Shown here piece by piece: positions 26,500 through 36,510 of a stretch of 64,000 nucleotides of DNA. A program made the translations under genes and the position numbers. Numbering within the stretch: position 1 is the first letter of the stretch; every line of letters begins with the position of its first letter. Source of the DNA: Candidatus Latescibacterota bacterium. GTDB lineage: Bacteria > Latescibacterota > UBA2968 > GCA-2709665. The stretch spans positions 3,040,001 to 3,104,000 of the forward strand of contig OZ244744.1 of NCBI GenBank assembly GCA_965219455.1, in the 5' to 3' direction. Below the pieces are notes generated by a model. It did no database searches, was not told where the DNA came from, and was given only the letters and a program-made list of their open reading frames with translations.

Positions 26500-27912
26500 A
26501 TGTTCAGCCACCTTATCCAGAAGGAACTTCGCCACTATATACTCGATTTCCGTTTCGTTTCTATATTCGTTCTCTGCGCGTTGCTCTCGGTCCTCAGTGT
26601 CTATGTGGGTGGCCAAAAATATCGCCAGCAGCTACGGGAGTATATGACGGTCTCTCAGAGTAACCAGAACAGGCTAAAGACCACCCTGGAGAAAGGATAC
26701 ATATACAATTTATGGTGGTTTGGTTACAATTGGAACCGGAGACCCGAAGTACTCAGCCCGCTGGTATATGGCCTCTCCGGAAAACTAGGCCAGGAAGTAA
26801 ACATTCACGCCCAGAGACCCGTGGAGTTCGAGGGTAGTTCTTTTGAGACTGATCCCGTTCATGGCCTCTTTGGTGTTCTCGACCTGGACTTTATTGTAAA
26901 GGTTGTCCTTAGCTTGTGTGTTCTGTTGTTAACCTACGACGCGATCTGTGGCGAGAAAGAAGCAGGGACATTGAGGCTTTATGCCTCATTCTCCGTATCG
27001 CGGTCCCGGCTAGCTCTTGCTAAGCTTGTCGGATCAACGCTGGCGATAGTCGTTCCCCTTGCATTTGCCTTCTTGCTGGCCTCGGCCGTGTTGGCGCTCT
27101 CTCCAGGAATAAGCCTGAAGGTGCAGGATTGGATGAGGATAGTGTCCCTGATGGGTGTCTTTGTCCTCTATTTAATGGTATACATTGCCTTCGGGCTTTG
27201 GATATCTGCTTCAACCCACCGCCGAATGACGGCCTTTCTGAGCCTTCTGGGTCTGTGGACCATCTGGAATTTTGTAGTTCCGGACATAGCGGTACGCTTT
27301 TCCCGTCGTCTGTCTCCGGTAGAAAGTATCTACGATCTGGAAAAACAGATCGACACAATACGCTGGGAAATTCGGACACGCAGAGTGGAAGAGCTACGCG
27401 CTTACCGGGAACGCACAAGTGTCCAAAACTGGGATGCTCTTACAGGTGCACAGCAGGAAGAGGCTGAAACTGTGCGCCGTACAGCGTTCAAGACGATTCG
27501 TGAAAAGTGGAACCTGCAATACTATCGCAGAATGACGGATATGCAAGCAGTTCGGCACAGCCAGATGCAACGGCAGCAGGCTCTCCTTGCCGTACTGTCG
27601 TCTGTCTCTCCACTAGGCGCGATCAGTTTCACTTCGATGGACCTGGCCCGCACCGGACCTATTCAGCAAGCGCGGATCATAGAGGTGATAGGCCCACACC
27701 TGGTTTATCTGGGAGCATTTATCCCGGAAAAGATGGCACTACCTTCTGAAATCCGTGACCTGACGGACTTTTCCCCGTTTACCTATCGGGACACAGACAC
27801 ACTCGGGGATTGCATCTCTCGGAACGCATTGTATATTCTGAACCTGGTGCTCCTGGCACTGGTGGGTTTTGCCGGGGCGTATGCGGCTTTAATGAGATAC
27901 GATGTGAGATAG
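26500..27912 (+). CDS. ABC-2 type permease (paralogue)
   Basis: LIQKEL, YDAICGEKEAGTLRL; ends MRYDVR; GGGAG RBS. Confidence 0.88.
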   Translation: MFSHLIQKELRHYILDFRFVSIFVLCALLSVLSVYVGGQKYRQQLREYMTVSQSNQNRLKTTLEKGYIYNLWWFGYNWNRRPEVLSPLVYGLSGKLGQEVNIHAQRPVEFEGSSFETDPVHGLFGVLDLDFIVKVVLSLCVLLLTYDAICGEKEAGTLRLYASFSVSRSRLALAKLVGSTLAIVVPLAFAFLLASAVLALSPGISLKVQDWMRIVSLMGVFVLYLMVYIAFGLWISASTHRRMTAFLSLLGLWTIWNFVVPDIAVRFSRRLSPVESIYDLEKQIDTIRWEIRTRRVEELRAYRERTSVQNWDALTGAQQEEAETVRRTAFKTIREKWNLQYYRRMTDMQAVRHSQMQRQQALLAVLSSVSPLGAISFTSMDLARTGPIQQARIIEVIGPHLVYLGAFIPEKMALPSEIRDLTDFSPFTYRDTDTLGDCISRNALYILNLVLLALVGFAGAYAALMRYDVR

Positions 27913-28018
27913 GTGGCAGGAACAGAGAGTCCGTTGGTTGTTCTGAGTAATGAATGAAAATCGGCGAGCCGTCGCGGGGAGTCTTGATATCAAAATGGAT
28001 CCAGCCGAGCCGCAGCAT

Positions 28019-29536
28019 ATGAAAAAAATCCTCTTTCCCTTGCTCATCTCGATGTTTTCGATCCTGTCCTTTGCCCTTCCCGGTTACGGTCAATATTTCA
28101 CTGAACGCAACGACGAGACCTATCTGATTCTCGCCCTGAAAAAGCAAAAAGCCCGTTTCGACGCCGCCAGGGTCGAATACATCGCGGCCGTGGAACTTAA
28201 ACAAAGAAATCTGATCGCGCTGAACGAATTTGAACGGATCAAAACAAACTACATAAACGAAGAGATCAGCTACCAGCAGGCGATGCTGCGGGTGATCTTC
28301 GATCAGCCCCATATCCTCATCGAAGAAGCGGTCAAATACCAGGCCGAAGACGGCAAAAAGCGCGTGCGGCTCACCCTCAGAAACACCACGGGCGGCGTGG
28401 CCGATTACGAAAAGCTGGTGCAAACCGATGAGAGCGTGTTCGATCCCGCGCTCCAGCCTGACAAGATCAATAACGTGTTTATCTCTCTGCACGAGAGCAC
28501 GGAAGCCGGCGCCGTCGGTCCCATCATCAGCCAGCCTTACGAAGACAAGATTGAAACCCTGCGCTTCGGAGATTCCGCCCGGGTCGATTTTCTTCTGCTC
28601 AAGGACGTGGAGGAAGTGATCGTGAGCATGACGTATGCGGGCACGACCGACCGGAAACATATCTACCTGCAAAAAGATGCCAGTGCCAACCGGGTGATTG
28701 TCTCCTCGCCCAACTTCTCCCAGGAGTCCTATCTGGGCGAAAGCGCCACCTACTCGCTTGAACTGGAACGTTTCTCCAACGAAAACGACGTCTTCCGTCT
28801 GGCCGTGGTCAACCTGCCCCGCCAGATCACGTACAACTTCCTGGACCCCACCTCGGTGCAGATCCAGCGACTTTCTCAAGTCAACTTCACCCAGGGCGTC
28901 ACCAGCAAACAGCTTGCGCTGACAGCCTACCTTCCGGAACGGTCGGACGCTCAGGTGGAAATCGACAAAACCATCACGTTCTACGCGCTGGTGCTGCCCC
29001 AGGAAGTCTGGCGAGACGTGCAGACTTTAGACAGCAAGTCGTTCACCGAAAAAGAGGTCGACGGTCTCAACGCCGGTAAAGTCAAACTGGAACTCATTCC
29101 GCGGGGCGTCGGCCGCATCGAAGTCCGAGCATTGAATCTGTACCATGAAATCCGAACGGATGAAGACGTCTCCATGGACATCACCGTCCTCAATGATGGC
29201 ACGAGGCGGCTGGACAACATTCGCATCCGCACCAATATGCCGCCCAACTGGCAGTCAGACATCCAACCCGACGTCATCTCCGATCTGATGCCCGCCAAAG
29301 AATCCATCGTCAAACTCCAATTCCTGCCGCCCGAAAACGTCGACGTCGGCGACTACGAAATTCAGATCCAGACGCAGGCGCTGGCGGACAACCGTCCCGT
29401 GGAAACACAGGACAAAACCGTGCGCATCCACATCAGCGCCCTGACCAACCTCTGGTTGAGCGCGTCCCTCGTTTTGTGCGTTATCGGCGTGCTCGTTGGC
29501 ATCGTCTGGTATTCAGTCAAACTGACGAGACGTTAA
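28019..29536 (+). CDS. Exported, C-terminally anchored protein with an Ig-like NEW3-type domain
   Basis: Signal peptide MKKILFPLL...; helical region; 'VLNDGTRRLDNI...PPNWQSDIQP...PPENVDVGDY'; C-terminal TM helix followed by KLTRR. Confidence 0.75.
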   Translation: MKKILFPLLISMFSILSFALPGYGQYFTERNDETYLILALKKQKARFDAARVEYIAAVELKQRNLIALNEFERIKTNYINEEISYQQAMLRVIFDQPHILIEEAVKYQAEDGKKRVRLTLRNTTGGVADYEKLVQTDESVFDPALQPDKINNVFISLHESTEAGAVGPIISQPYEDKIETLRFGDSARVDFLLLKDVEEVIVSMTYAGTTDRKHIYLQKDASANRVIVSSPNFSQESYLGESATYSLELERFSNENDVFRLAVVNLPRQITYNFLDPTSVQIQRLSQVNFTQGVTSKQLALTAYLPERSDAQVEIDKTITFYALVLPQEVWRDVQTLDSKSFTEKEVDGLNAGKVKLELIPRGVGRIEVRALNLYHEIRTDEDVSMDITVLNDGTRRLDNIRIRTNMPPNWQSDIQPDVISDLMPAKESIVKLQFLPPENVDVGDYEIQIQTQALADNRPVETQDKTVRIHISALTNLWLSASLVLCVIGVLVGIVWYSVKLTRR

Positions 29537-29549
29537 GCCCTGACCCCTG

Positions 29550-29732
29550 GTGTCCCGTCCCAGAAAGTTGTCACCATTCATCCGTCGGTTCATCCCGTCT
29601 CGCGGCGTTGCCTTCCCTCGCCGACCTTGCGTAGGTCGCCTCACTCAGGCGCTGGTTCCTGAGCCTGTCGAAGGATGCCAGCCGGGCGACTCGGCGGCCG
29701 AATTTAGGCAATCTTTTTCCGGGACAGAACAC
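29550..29732. mobile_element. MITE family B copy
   Basis: Ends GTGTCCCGTCC ... GGACAGAACAC(TAG); internal similarity to 38659-38854. Confidence 0.75.
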
Positions 29733-29846
29733 TAGCCTTCGCTCCTGCCAGAAGACGGGCAGCAATTCTGTTGATTGGCGGGTTATATTCCTTTCCCCGC
29801 CAAGGAGGGAGGAGGCGGGCGCGGGTTCAATACAAAGGAGGCACCC

Positions 29847-30599
29847 ATGATTGAAGCCATCGATCTGACGAAGCGGTACGAAGACGGGATACTGGCCCTG
29901 GACCACCTCAACCTGAAGGTCTCACCGGGAGAAATCTTCTGCTTGCTGGGCGCCAACGGCGCCGGAAAATCCACCGCCATCAACCTGATGCTCAACTTTA
30001 TCGAGCCAACCGAGGGCACGGCCAAAATCAACGCCATCGATGTCACCCGTGAACCCCTGGAAGCCAAGAAGTACGTGGCCTACCTTTCGGAAAACGTCAT
30101 GTTGTACGGCAACTTCACTGCCCGGCAGAACCTGGACTTTTTTGCGGGGCTGGCCGACAAACAAACGGACCGGGATGGCTATTACCGGATCCTGAGACGG
30201 GTGGGCTTGCCCGAAAGAGCCTTCGAGCAGCGGATCAAGGAATTCTCGAAGGGGATGCGCCAGAAGGTGGGCATCGCCATTGTCATAATTCGGGACGCGC
30301 CCGCGGTCATCATGGACGAGCCCACGGCCGGCCTGGACCCGCAGGCGGGCGCGGGATTCCTGGATCTTCTGGAAGAACTGAAAGGCGAAGGCAAGTCGGT
30401 CTTCATGTCCACCCACGACATTTTCCGGGCGCGGACGCTGGCGGACCGCGTGGGCATTATGAAGTCCGGGCGTCTGATTTTTGAGCGCACTCGCCAGGAA
30501 CTGGAAAACGAAGACCTCGAAAAACTCTACCTGGATTACATGTACGGCACAAATGACGGCGGGCAGGAGCGGACCGGAAGCGCGCCTGCCCCAGACTGA
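29847..30599 (+). CDS. ABC transporter ATP-binding protein
   Basis: GANGAGKS, FSKGMRQ, DEPT, STH; AAGGAGG RBS. Confidence 0.95.
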   Translation: MIEAIDLTKRYEDGILALDHLNLKVSPGEIFCLLGANGAGKSTAINLMLNFIEPTEGTAKINAIDVTREPLEAKKYVAYLSENVMLYGNFTARQNLDFFAGLADKQTDRDGYYRILRRVGLPERAFEQRIKEFSKGMRQKVGIAIVIIRDAPAVIMDEPTAGLDPQAGAGFLDLLEELKGEGKSVFMSTHDIFRARTLADRVGIMKSGRLIFERTRQELENEDLEKLYLDYMYGTNDGGQERTGSAPAPD

Positions 30600-30682
30600 A
30601 GCCGAAGCCCGGGCGACCCATGGGTCGCCCGGGCGAAAACCTGAAACGTGACACATTTTGTGGCTCATCCCCTGGTTTTCCT

Positions 30683-30721
30683 CCCCCTTTCCTTTAGGAG
30701 AGGGGGCCGGGGGGAGAGGTC
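30683..30721 (+). repeat. REP-like purine/pyrimidine module
   Basis: CCCCCTTTCCTTTAGGAGAGGGGGCCGGGGGGAGAGGTC; also near 31880, 33170 and 49770, partial near 58500. Confidence 0.8.
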
Positions 30722-30928
30722 TCGCTTTTCCTGACTCCAGTCAGCTCATCGCTGATCACTGCTTCCCGCCGTGCGAAAAACCCCTTGTTCCGTCTGACGA
30801 AATCGAATATACTCCCGTTCGCCCTTTCGCCGCCTCATTACCGCTGCGATTCCGCCCCATGTCGCGTGAGGCTCGAGTGCCTCGCCTTCATGCCGCGTGG
30901 TGTCGTGGCGTTCCTGTTTTCTTATCTG

Positions 30929-31717
30929 ATGCAAAACCCACCCATAATTACCGTAGAGAATGCGTGCAAGACCTTTACCGGAGACCGCGGGGAGGTGCAG
31001 GCCCTGGACGGCTTCGATATGGCCGTGCGGGAAGGCCAGTTCGTTTCCATTGTAGGTCCCAGCGGCTGCGGCAAGAGCACCCTGCTGTGGGCGATGGCCG
31101 CGCTCTGGCCGCTTACGGCTGGAAGGATAACCGTTAACGGCCGGGAGGTCCTGGAACCCCGGCGCGAGATCGGCATGGTCTTCCAGACCTCCAACCTGCT
31201 GCCGTGGCGGAACCTGCTGCAGAATATCCGTTTTCCATTTGAAATCATGCGGGAAGATCCCGAACGCTACCGGGACCGCATCGACGAACTGATAGAGATC
31301 ACGGCACTGAAGGGCTTTGAACGTCACTATCCGCGCGAACTCTCGGGCGGCATGCAGCAGCGGGCTTCCATCGTCCGGGCGCTGGCGTACGACCCCGGGG
31401 TTCTGCTGATGGACGAACCCTTCGGCGCTTTGGACGCGTTCACACGGGATGAAATGAATCTGATGCTCCTCAACATCTGGGAACAGTCCCGTAAGACCAT
31501 CGTCTTCGTCACCCATCAGATCCCCGAAGCCGTCTACCTCTCAGACCGGATCTACGTGATGACCCCCCGTCCGGGCAGGAACTCAAAGATCTACGACATC
31601 GATCTGCCACGCCCCCGCCCGTTATCCGTTACGGCCGAAACTCATTTTTTCGAGATCGTCGCGGAAATCAAACAGACCATTTTCCATGACGTACAGAACG
31701 ACACCGCGTCGGCCTGA
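30929..31717 (+). CDS. NitT/TauT-family ABC ATP-binding protein
   Basis: GPSGCGKS, LLPWRN, LSGGMQQR, DEPFGALD, VTH. Confidence 0.95.
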   Translation: MQNPPIITVENACKTFTGDRGEVQALDGFDMAVREGQFVSIVGPSGCGKSTLLWAMAALWPLTAGRITVNGREVLEPRREIGMVFQTSNLLPWRNLLQNIRFPFEIMREDPERYRDRIDELIEITALKGFERHYPRELSGGMQQRASIVRALAYDPGVLLMDEPFGALDAFTRDEMNLMLLNIWEQSRKTIVFVTHQIPEAVYLSDRIYVMTPRPGRNSKIYDIDLPRPRPLSVTAETHFFEIVAEIKQTIFHDVQNDTASA

Positions 31718-31733
31718 CCAAAGCCGGCCACGT

Positions 31734-32035
31734 GCAGCGGAGCGCAAGACCTACCCCCTTTCCCCCTTCCTGAAGGAAGGGGAGAACTGTCATTGGTTCA
31801 AGCCAGATTGAACGATAAAGAACCACGCGACATATTGTGATCGCGCGACACTACGGTTCTGCTCCCCCTCTCCCCCCGGCCCCCTTTCCTTTAGGAGAGG
31901 GGGCCGGGGGGAGAGGTCACGGCGCTGACGTCAACTGATTGGGTTTTTGATTCAAGCTGACGGCTTATAGCTGATAGCTGTATTTGCTGCTTCTGGACGG
32001 CCGAATTTCGGCAATCTATTTCCGGGACAGAACAC
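31734..32035 (+). repeat. About 300-bp composite repeat, near-copy of 49644-49924, ending in a family B right end
   Basis: Shared GCAGCGGAGCGCAAGACCTACCCCC... through ...GGACAGAACAC. Confidence 0.85.
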
Positions 32036-32054
32036 TTCGCCTCGGGTTCGCTCC

Positions 32055-32855
32055 ATGCCTTCTAAGGACGAAAAGCAACCCCTCAACTGGTCAGCCCTGA
32101 CCTCCGTGAGTTTCGCCGGCGTTCAGATCGCCGCGATCGCCGGTGTGGCGCTGGTCGTCGTGGCGGCTTCCGAACTCCTGGTCCGCGCCTGGGACGTCCC
32201 GTCCTATGTGTTCCCGCTACCGAGTGAGATCGCATCCGCGCTCTACCGGACCTTCCCGTTGATCTGGCCGCATCTCGTGGTCACGCTTCAGGAACTCGGT
32301 CTGGGATACGCTATCGGGGCTGTCGTCGGCATTCTTCTGGCCGCTCTCATCACCCAGTTTCCCTTTGTGGAAAAAATCGTTACGCCGTATATCCTCATTC
32401 TGGTCACCACGCCCATGCTCGCCCTGGTGCCCCTGCTGATCCTCAAGTTCGGGTTCGGCCAGACGCCACGGGTTATCGCCGTCGCTCTCGCGGTCGGCCC
32501 GATGGTGATGATCAACGCCGCCACGGGCTTCCGCAGAACCGACCTGGCAAAAATCGCCCTCGCACGCTCGTACGGCGCCACGACATTTCAGATTTTCCAC
32601 AAGGTCCGCTTTCCGCTCGCTCTGCCGATGATCATCGTCGGACTCATGGTGGGAGGCATCTTCGGCCTGCTGACCGCGATTGGCGCGGAGATGGTGGGGG
32701 GCGGTTCCGGCCTGGGCAATCGCCTGGTGTACTATTCCTCCCTCGCACGCATGTCCAGCTTTTTCGCCGTAATTATCCTGATTGCCGCGATCGGCATCGG
32801 GCTTTACGTCGCTTTTTACCTGATCGGAAAGAAATGGGCGAATTGGGAGAATTAG
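32055..32855 (+). CDS. NitT/TauT-family ABC permease
   Basis: VFPLPSEI, EAA-like ARSYGA, KVRFPLALP, AEM..G..GLG. Confidence 0.93.
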   Translation: MPSKDEKQPLNWSALTSVSFAGVQIAAIAGVALVVVAASELLVRAWDVPSYVFPLPSEIASALYRTFPLIWPHLVVTLQELGLGYAIGAVVGILLAALITQFPFVEKIVTPYILILVTTPMLALVPLLILKFGFGQTPRVIAVALAVGPMVMINAATGFRRTDLAKIALARSYGATTFQIFHKVRFPLALPMIIVGLMVGGIFGLLTAIGAEMVGGGSGLGNRLVYYSSLARMSSFFAVIILIAAIGIGLYVAFYLIGKKWANWEN

Positions 32856-33207
32856 TGTTCCGTCCGGGAAATATCTAACCATTCTTCCAACCCCAAACGT
32901 CCCCTATTCCCTTGCCGTTTTTCGAATGGCCGGGAGACGCAAGACGGGAGAGATTGCCTGCCCCGTGAGGTTTCAGTTCAGACCGGAGGCATAGAGGAAG
33001 GGCAGATCGGGCAAGGATTTCTTCTACCGTCTACCGTTTCACGTCTTCCCGCTTTTTCACGAAGGGCGCCGCTCGGCGCGGGGCCGGACCTACCCCTAAC
33101 CCCCTTCCTGAAGGAAGGGGGAACGATGATTGGTCAATATATCGGCGAGGCGACTCTTAGTTTACCTCCCCCTTTCCTTTAGGAGAGGGGGCCGGGGGGA
33201 GAGGTCC
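32855..33207 (+). repeat. Composite repeat tract (family B left end, partial family A, REP-like modules)
   Basis: GTGTTCCGTCC at 32855; AACGTCCCCTATTCCCTTGCC; GAAGGGCGCCGCTCGGCGCGGGGCCGG; CCCCTTCCTGAAGGAAGGGG; the GGAGAGGGGG module. Confidence 0.75.
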
Positions 33208-33248
33208 CGCTTTCGCCAATCGCCAGGAATCAACAAGGAGGTCTTCAG

Positions 33249-34361
33249 ATGAACAAAGACACCCTCACACGCCGCCAGTTTCTGGGTTATTCATCCGCCA
33301 TGGGCGTCCTGTTTTGTCTTCCGGCAAACCCACTCAGCGCTGGCGAGGCCGACAAAATCGTCTGGGTTTCGCCCCGTGGGAACCTGGAAGTGATGGACGA
33401 CTTCAACCTGTGGGTCGCCCACGAAAGGGGCTACTTCAAGGAGATGAACCTGGACGTCGTGTTGCAACCCGGTCCCACGGAAGCCATGGCGGTTACCAAA
33501 CTCGTGGGCCAGAAACAGGCCGACATCGGTTTTCCGTCTCCCGGCGTTCTGCTGTCCAGTGTCGACGCGGGTATCCCGGTTGTGCTCGTCTGGGAAATGG
33601 TGATGAAGCAGGTCTTCGACTTCGCCCTGCCCGAAGACAGTCCTATTGCGAAGGTCCAGGACCTGGAAGGCAAAACCATTGCTGTCGCCTCCGAAGGATG
33701 GCGTGTGATCATTGACCCCATCCTGGTGGAAGCCGGTGTCGATCCCAAGGCCGTGACCTACCTCAACGGCGGCCCGCAGTGGGGGCAGATGGTCGCTCTC
33801 GGCCGCGCGGACGCGGGACTTGCATGGCGAGGGCTGGCCGCCCAGTGGAAGGCCCTTGGAATGAAGCTCAAGTTCCTTGTCGGGATGGAGTTCTCCAATC
33901 ATCCATCCAACGGATATGCCATCCACCGCGACGACCTGAAGGACGAAATCCGCGTCGACGTCTGGACGCGCTTCTTCAAGGCCAATTGCCTGGCCTACGA
34001 GTTTACACGAGCCAATCCGCGCGCAGCAGGTCAGATCACCTACGGCCGCTTTCCGGACTTGCGCGAACAGATGGCGCCCCAGCTTGCGATGGATTCCATG
34101 CTCGAGTTGGGCACCATGTACTTTGACGGCGGCCGCGTCGGCAAAGGATACGGATACAGCGACCTGGAATCCTGGCAGGCCTACATCGACACCGTGCACA
34201 AACTTGGGCAGATCGAGAACCACTACAAGGCCGAGGACGTCGTCAGCAACGCCTTCGTCAAGGAGGCCAACAACATCGACAAGGCGCGCGCCCGTGCGGA
34301 AGGCAAGGCCTTCAAGCTCAACGATCAGTTTAAGGATCTGAAAGTCAACTATCCGGTGTGA
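33249..34361 (+). CDS. ABC substrate-binding protein (SsuA/THI5-like), Tat-exported
   Basis: TRRQFLG Tat motif; VAHERGYFKEMNLDV; DLEGKTIAV; AAGGAGG RBS. Confidence 0.9.
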   Translation: MNKDTLTRRQFLGYSSAMGVLFCLPANPLSAGEADKIVWVSPRGNLEVMDDFNLWVAHERGYFKEMNLDVVLQPGPTEAMAVTKLVGQKQADIGFPSPGVLLSSVDAGIPVVLVWEMVMKQVFDFALPEDSPIAKVQDLEGKTIAVASEGWRVIIDPILVEAGVDPKAVTYLNGGPQWGQMVALGRADAGLAWRGLAAQWKALGMKLKFLVGMEFSNHPSNGYAIHRDDLKDEIRVDVWTRFFKANCLAYEFTRANPRAAGQITYGRFPDLREQMAPQLAMDSMLELGTMYFDGGRVGKGYGYSDLESWQAYIDTVHKLGQIENHYKAEDVVSNAFVKEANNIDKARARAEGKAFKLNDQFKDLKVNYPV

Positions 34362-34404
34362 GTGTGAAAAGCCGTGAAGGGGAAGAATCTTCCCCACCCC
34401 CATG

Positions 34405-35128
34405 ACGTCCCCTATTCCCTTGCCCTTTTTCTTGCATCGCCCAAGAAAAAGGGCGAAAAAGAAGGACGCCGCTCGGCGCGGGGCCGGTTTTTCCGTGAAC
34501 CACATCAGGGGAACAAATGGGATTCAGGTGCCCTGAGAGCCCCTCAGGTGTACCAATACACCGGTGCTGGACGGAATAGCACGGAGAATCCGCCTCCGCC
34601 CGCGCAGCGGGTGACCTGTTGTTCCGGTGATTCTACGGGACAACAGGGGACGTCTGTTTCTGGCGTTCGAGGCTGATGGTGAGCGGCGCGTTTCTTGCCG
34701 CGAACAAACCCCCCACTTCGCCACCGGACGGCAGCAAGTTTGACCGGAATGGACCGCCGCGTGGATTTGCGGTTTTCCCGCTGTTTGTTGTTAGCTGACT
34801 GCTGACGGCCAATTGCTGCTCGCTACTCAGGTAGCAATATGGTTGTCTCACGCGATTCCTATACGGAGCAATACCAGAGCAGAGCGCGCGGTTCCGTTCA
34901 GCACCCAGGATCGTTGATTTTCTGTGGCCGGCAGGGCTGATGATCATGTGCATCCCGTGTGGCAATTCGCGCAATGCATATGGCAGGCCCCGCGCCCAGC
35001 GGCGACTTTTGGTTCCTTTTGGTCGCTTCAAAAGGAACCCGCCGGAGGCAGGGAATTTGGGGAGATGTGGATGTTGAACTTGGGTTTCGCCTTTGGCTGA
35101 CGGCTTACTGCTGATAGCTTATAGCTCC
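34405..35128 (+). repeat. Repeat family A copy 2 plus a downstream composite tract
   Basis: Family A head at 34405, CGCCACCGGACGG near 34720, GCTGA tails, GGTTCCTTTTG...CAAAAGGAACC hairpin near 35010, and an ATGTGGATGTTGAA module shared with about 39995. Confidence 0.75.
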
Positions 35129-35199
35129 TCGCTCACGGGATACCAATCCTAATACGCTCGGAATGCCTTGCGAGAGGACTTTCATAGGAGACACTGACG

Positions 35200-36381
35200 A
35201 TGGCCGATGAAGGCAGCGCGAAATATCCCGGTATCAGGATCACCGCCGTGGACACCTTCCTGGTGGAAGGCAACTGCTGTTTCGTGAAGATCAGTACCAA
35301 CGAGGGGATCACGGGACTGGGCGAGGGCTCGATCAGCGACAACAAGGTGGGCACGATCGCCCAGTGCATCAAAGACCTGGAGGGCCACCTCATCGGCAAG
35401 AATCCCACGGACATCGAGTATCTTTGGCAGGGGCTCTACCGCTGGAACCGCTGGCACGTGGGCGTGCTTTTCAGCACCGCCCTCAGCGCCATCGATATCG
35501 CCCTGTGGGATATCCTCGGAAAGATCGCGGGCCTGCCGATCTACAAGCTCCTCGGAGGCGCCGCGCGGGACAAGGTCCGCATCTACGCCGGCGGCAGCGG
35601 GAAGTCGGGCGTGCAGCGCGCCCGGAGCATGGGATGCAATGCCGTCAAGACGGGGCCGCCGGTGACCAGGGTCGACGACCCTCTCACCGTGCCGATGCCC
35701 TGGGACCTGAAACGGGCAGCCCGGCAGATCGAGGAGATGCGGGTCGAAGGGGGAGATGACTTCGACATCCTCATCGACGCCCACGGCCGGCTGACGCCGA
35801 CTATGGCGCTGGAGTATTGCAAGGCCGTGGAGCCCTACCGCCCCTTCTGGGTGGAGGAACCGATCCAGGTGGAAGGATCGAACGACGCCCTCGAGTGGCT
35901 GAGCGACCGCACGACGGTGCCCCTGTGCATGGGCGAGCGGAACTTCACCAAGTGGGGCTTCCAGGACATCATCGCCAAGCGCCTGGTGAGCTACCTCAAT
36001 CCGGATATCGTCCACTGCGGCGGCATCTCGGAGTTCAAGAAGATCGCGGCCATGGCGGAGGCGCAGTACATCCAGGTTTCTCCCCACATCACCTACAGCA
36101 GGGTTGGAGTCACCGCCGAGATCCACATGGGCCTGAACTGCCCCAACAGCGTCATCCAGGAGATGGCCTCCTACGCGGACGACCCCACCAGGGAGACGAC
36201 CGACTGGAGGGACGACCTGTTCTACGGGCACCGGTACCGGATCGAGGACGGTTTCGTGACGTTGCCCGACACCCCCGGTCTCGGACTCGAGCTGAACGAG
36301 GAGGTAGCCCGGGCGCATCCCTACGAACCGCAACTCCGCGAGGAACTCAGGTACGAGGACGGGTCGGTGGAGGACAACTGA
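35200..36381 (+). CDS. Mandelate racemase/galactonate dehydratase-like enzyme (enolase superfamily)
   Basis: ITGLGE, SAIDIALWDILGK, IDAHGR, WVEEP, MGER, PDIVHCGGI, PGLG. Confidence 0.92.
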   Translation: MADEGSAKYPGIRITAVDTFLVEGNCCFVKISTNEGITGLGEGSISDNKVGTIAQCIKDLEGHLIGKNPTDIEYLWQGLYRWNRWHVGVLFSTALSAIDIALWDILGKIAGLPIYKLLGGAARDKVRIYAGGSGKSGVQRARSMGCNAVKTGPPVTRVDDPLTVPMPWDLKRAARQIEEMRVEGGDDFDILIDAHGRLTPTMALEYCKAVEPYRPFWVEEPIQVEGSNDALEWLSDRTTVPLCMGERNFTKWGFQDIIAKRLVSYLNPDIVHCGGISEFKKIAAMAEAQYIQVSPHITYSRVGVTAEIHMGLNCPNSVIQEMASYADDPTRETTDWRDDLFYGHRYRIEDGFVTLPDTPGLGLELNEEVARAHPYEPQLREELRYEDGSVEDN

Positions 36382-36421
36382 AGAGCGAGAAGTCGAAGCA
36401 CTCTCTGACCGGCTGAAGGGG

Positions 36422-36480
36422 TAGCAGTCCGTTGAAAAAGTCGCTCTGCAGCCCGGATGGACTTTATCAACGGACTGTTA
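36422..36480. mobile_element. Collapsed 59-bp derivative of the 15299 MITE, inverted orientation
   Basis: Same 21-bp IRs; interior reduced to GCTCTGCAGCCCGGATG. Confidence 0.75.
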
Positions 36481-36510
36481 GTTCATTTATTGACCCACGC
36501 TTGTAGCCAA

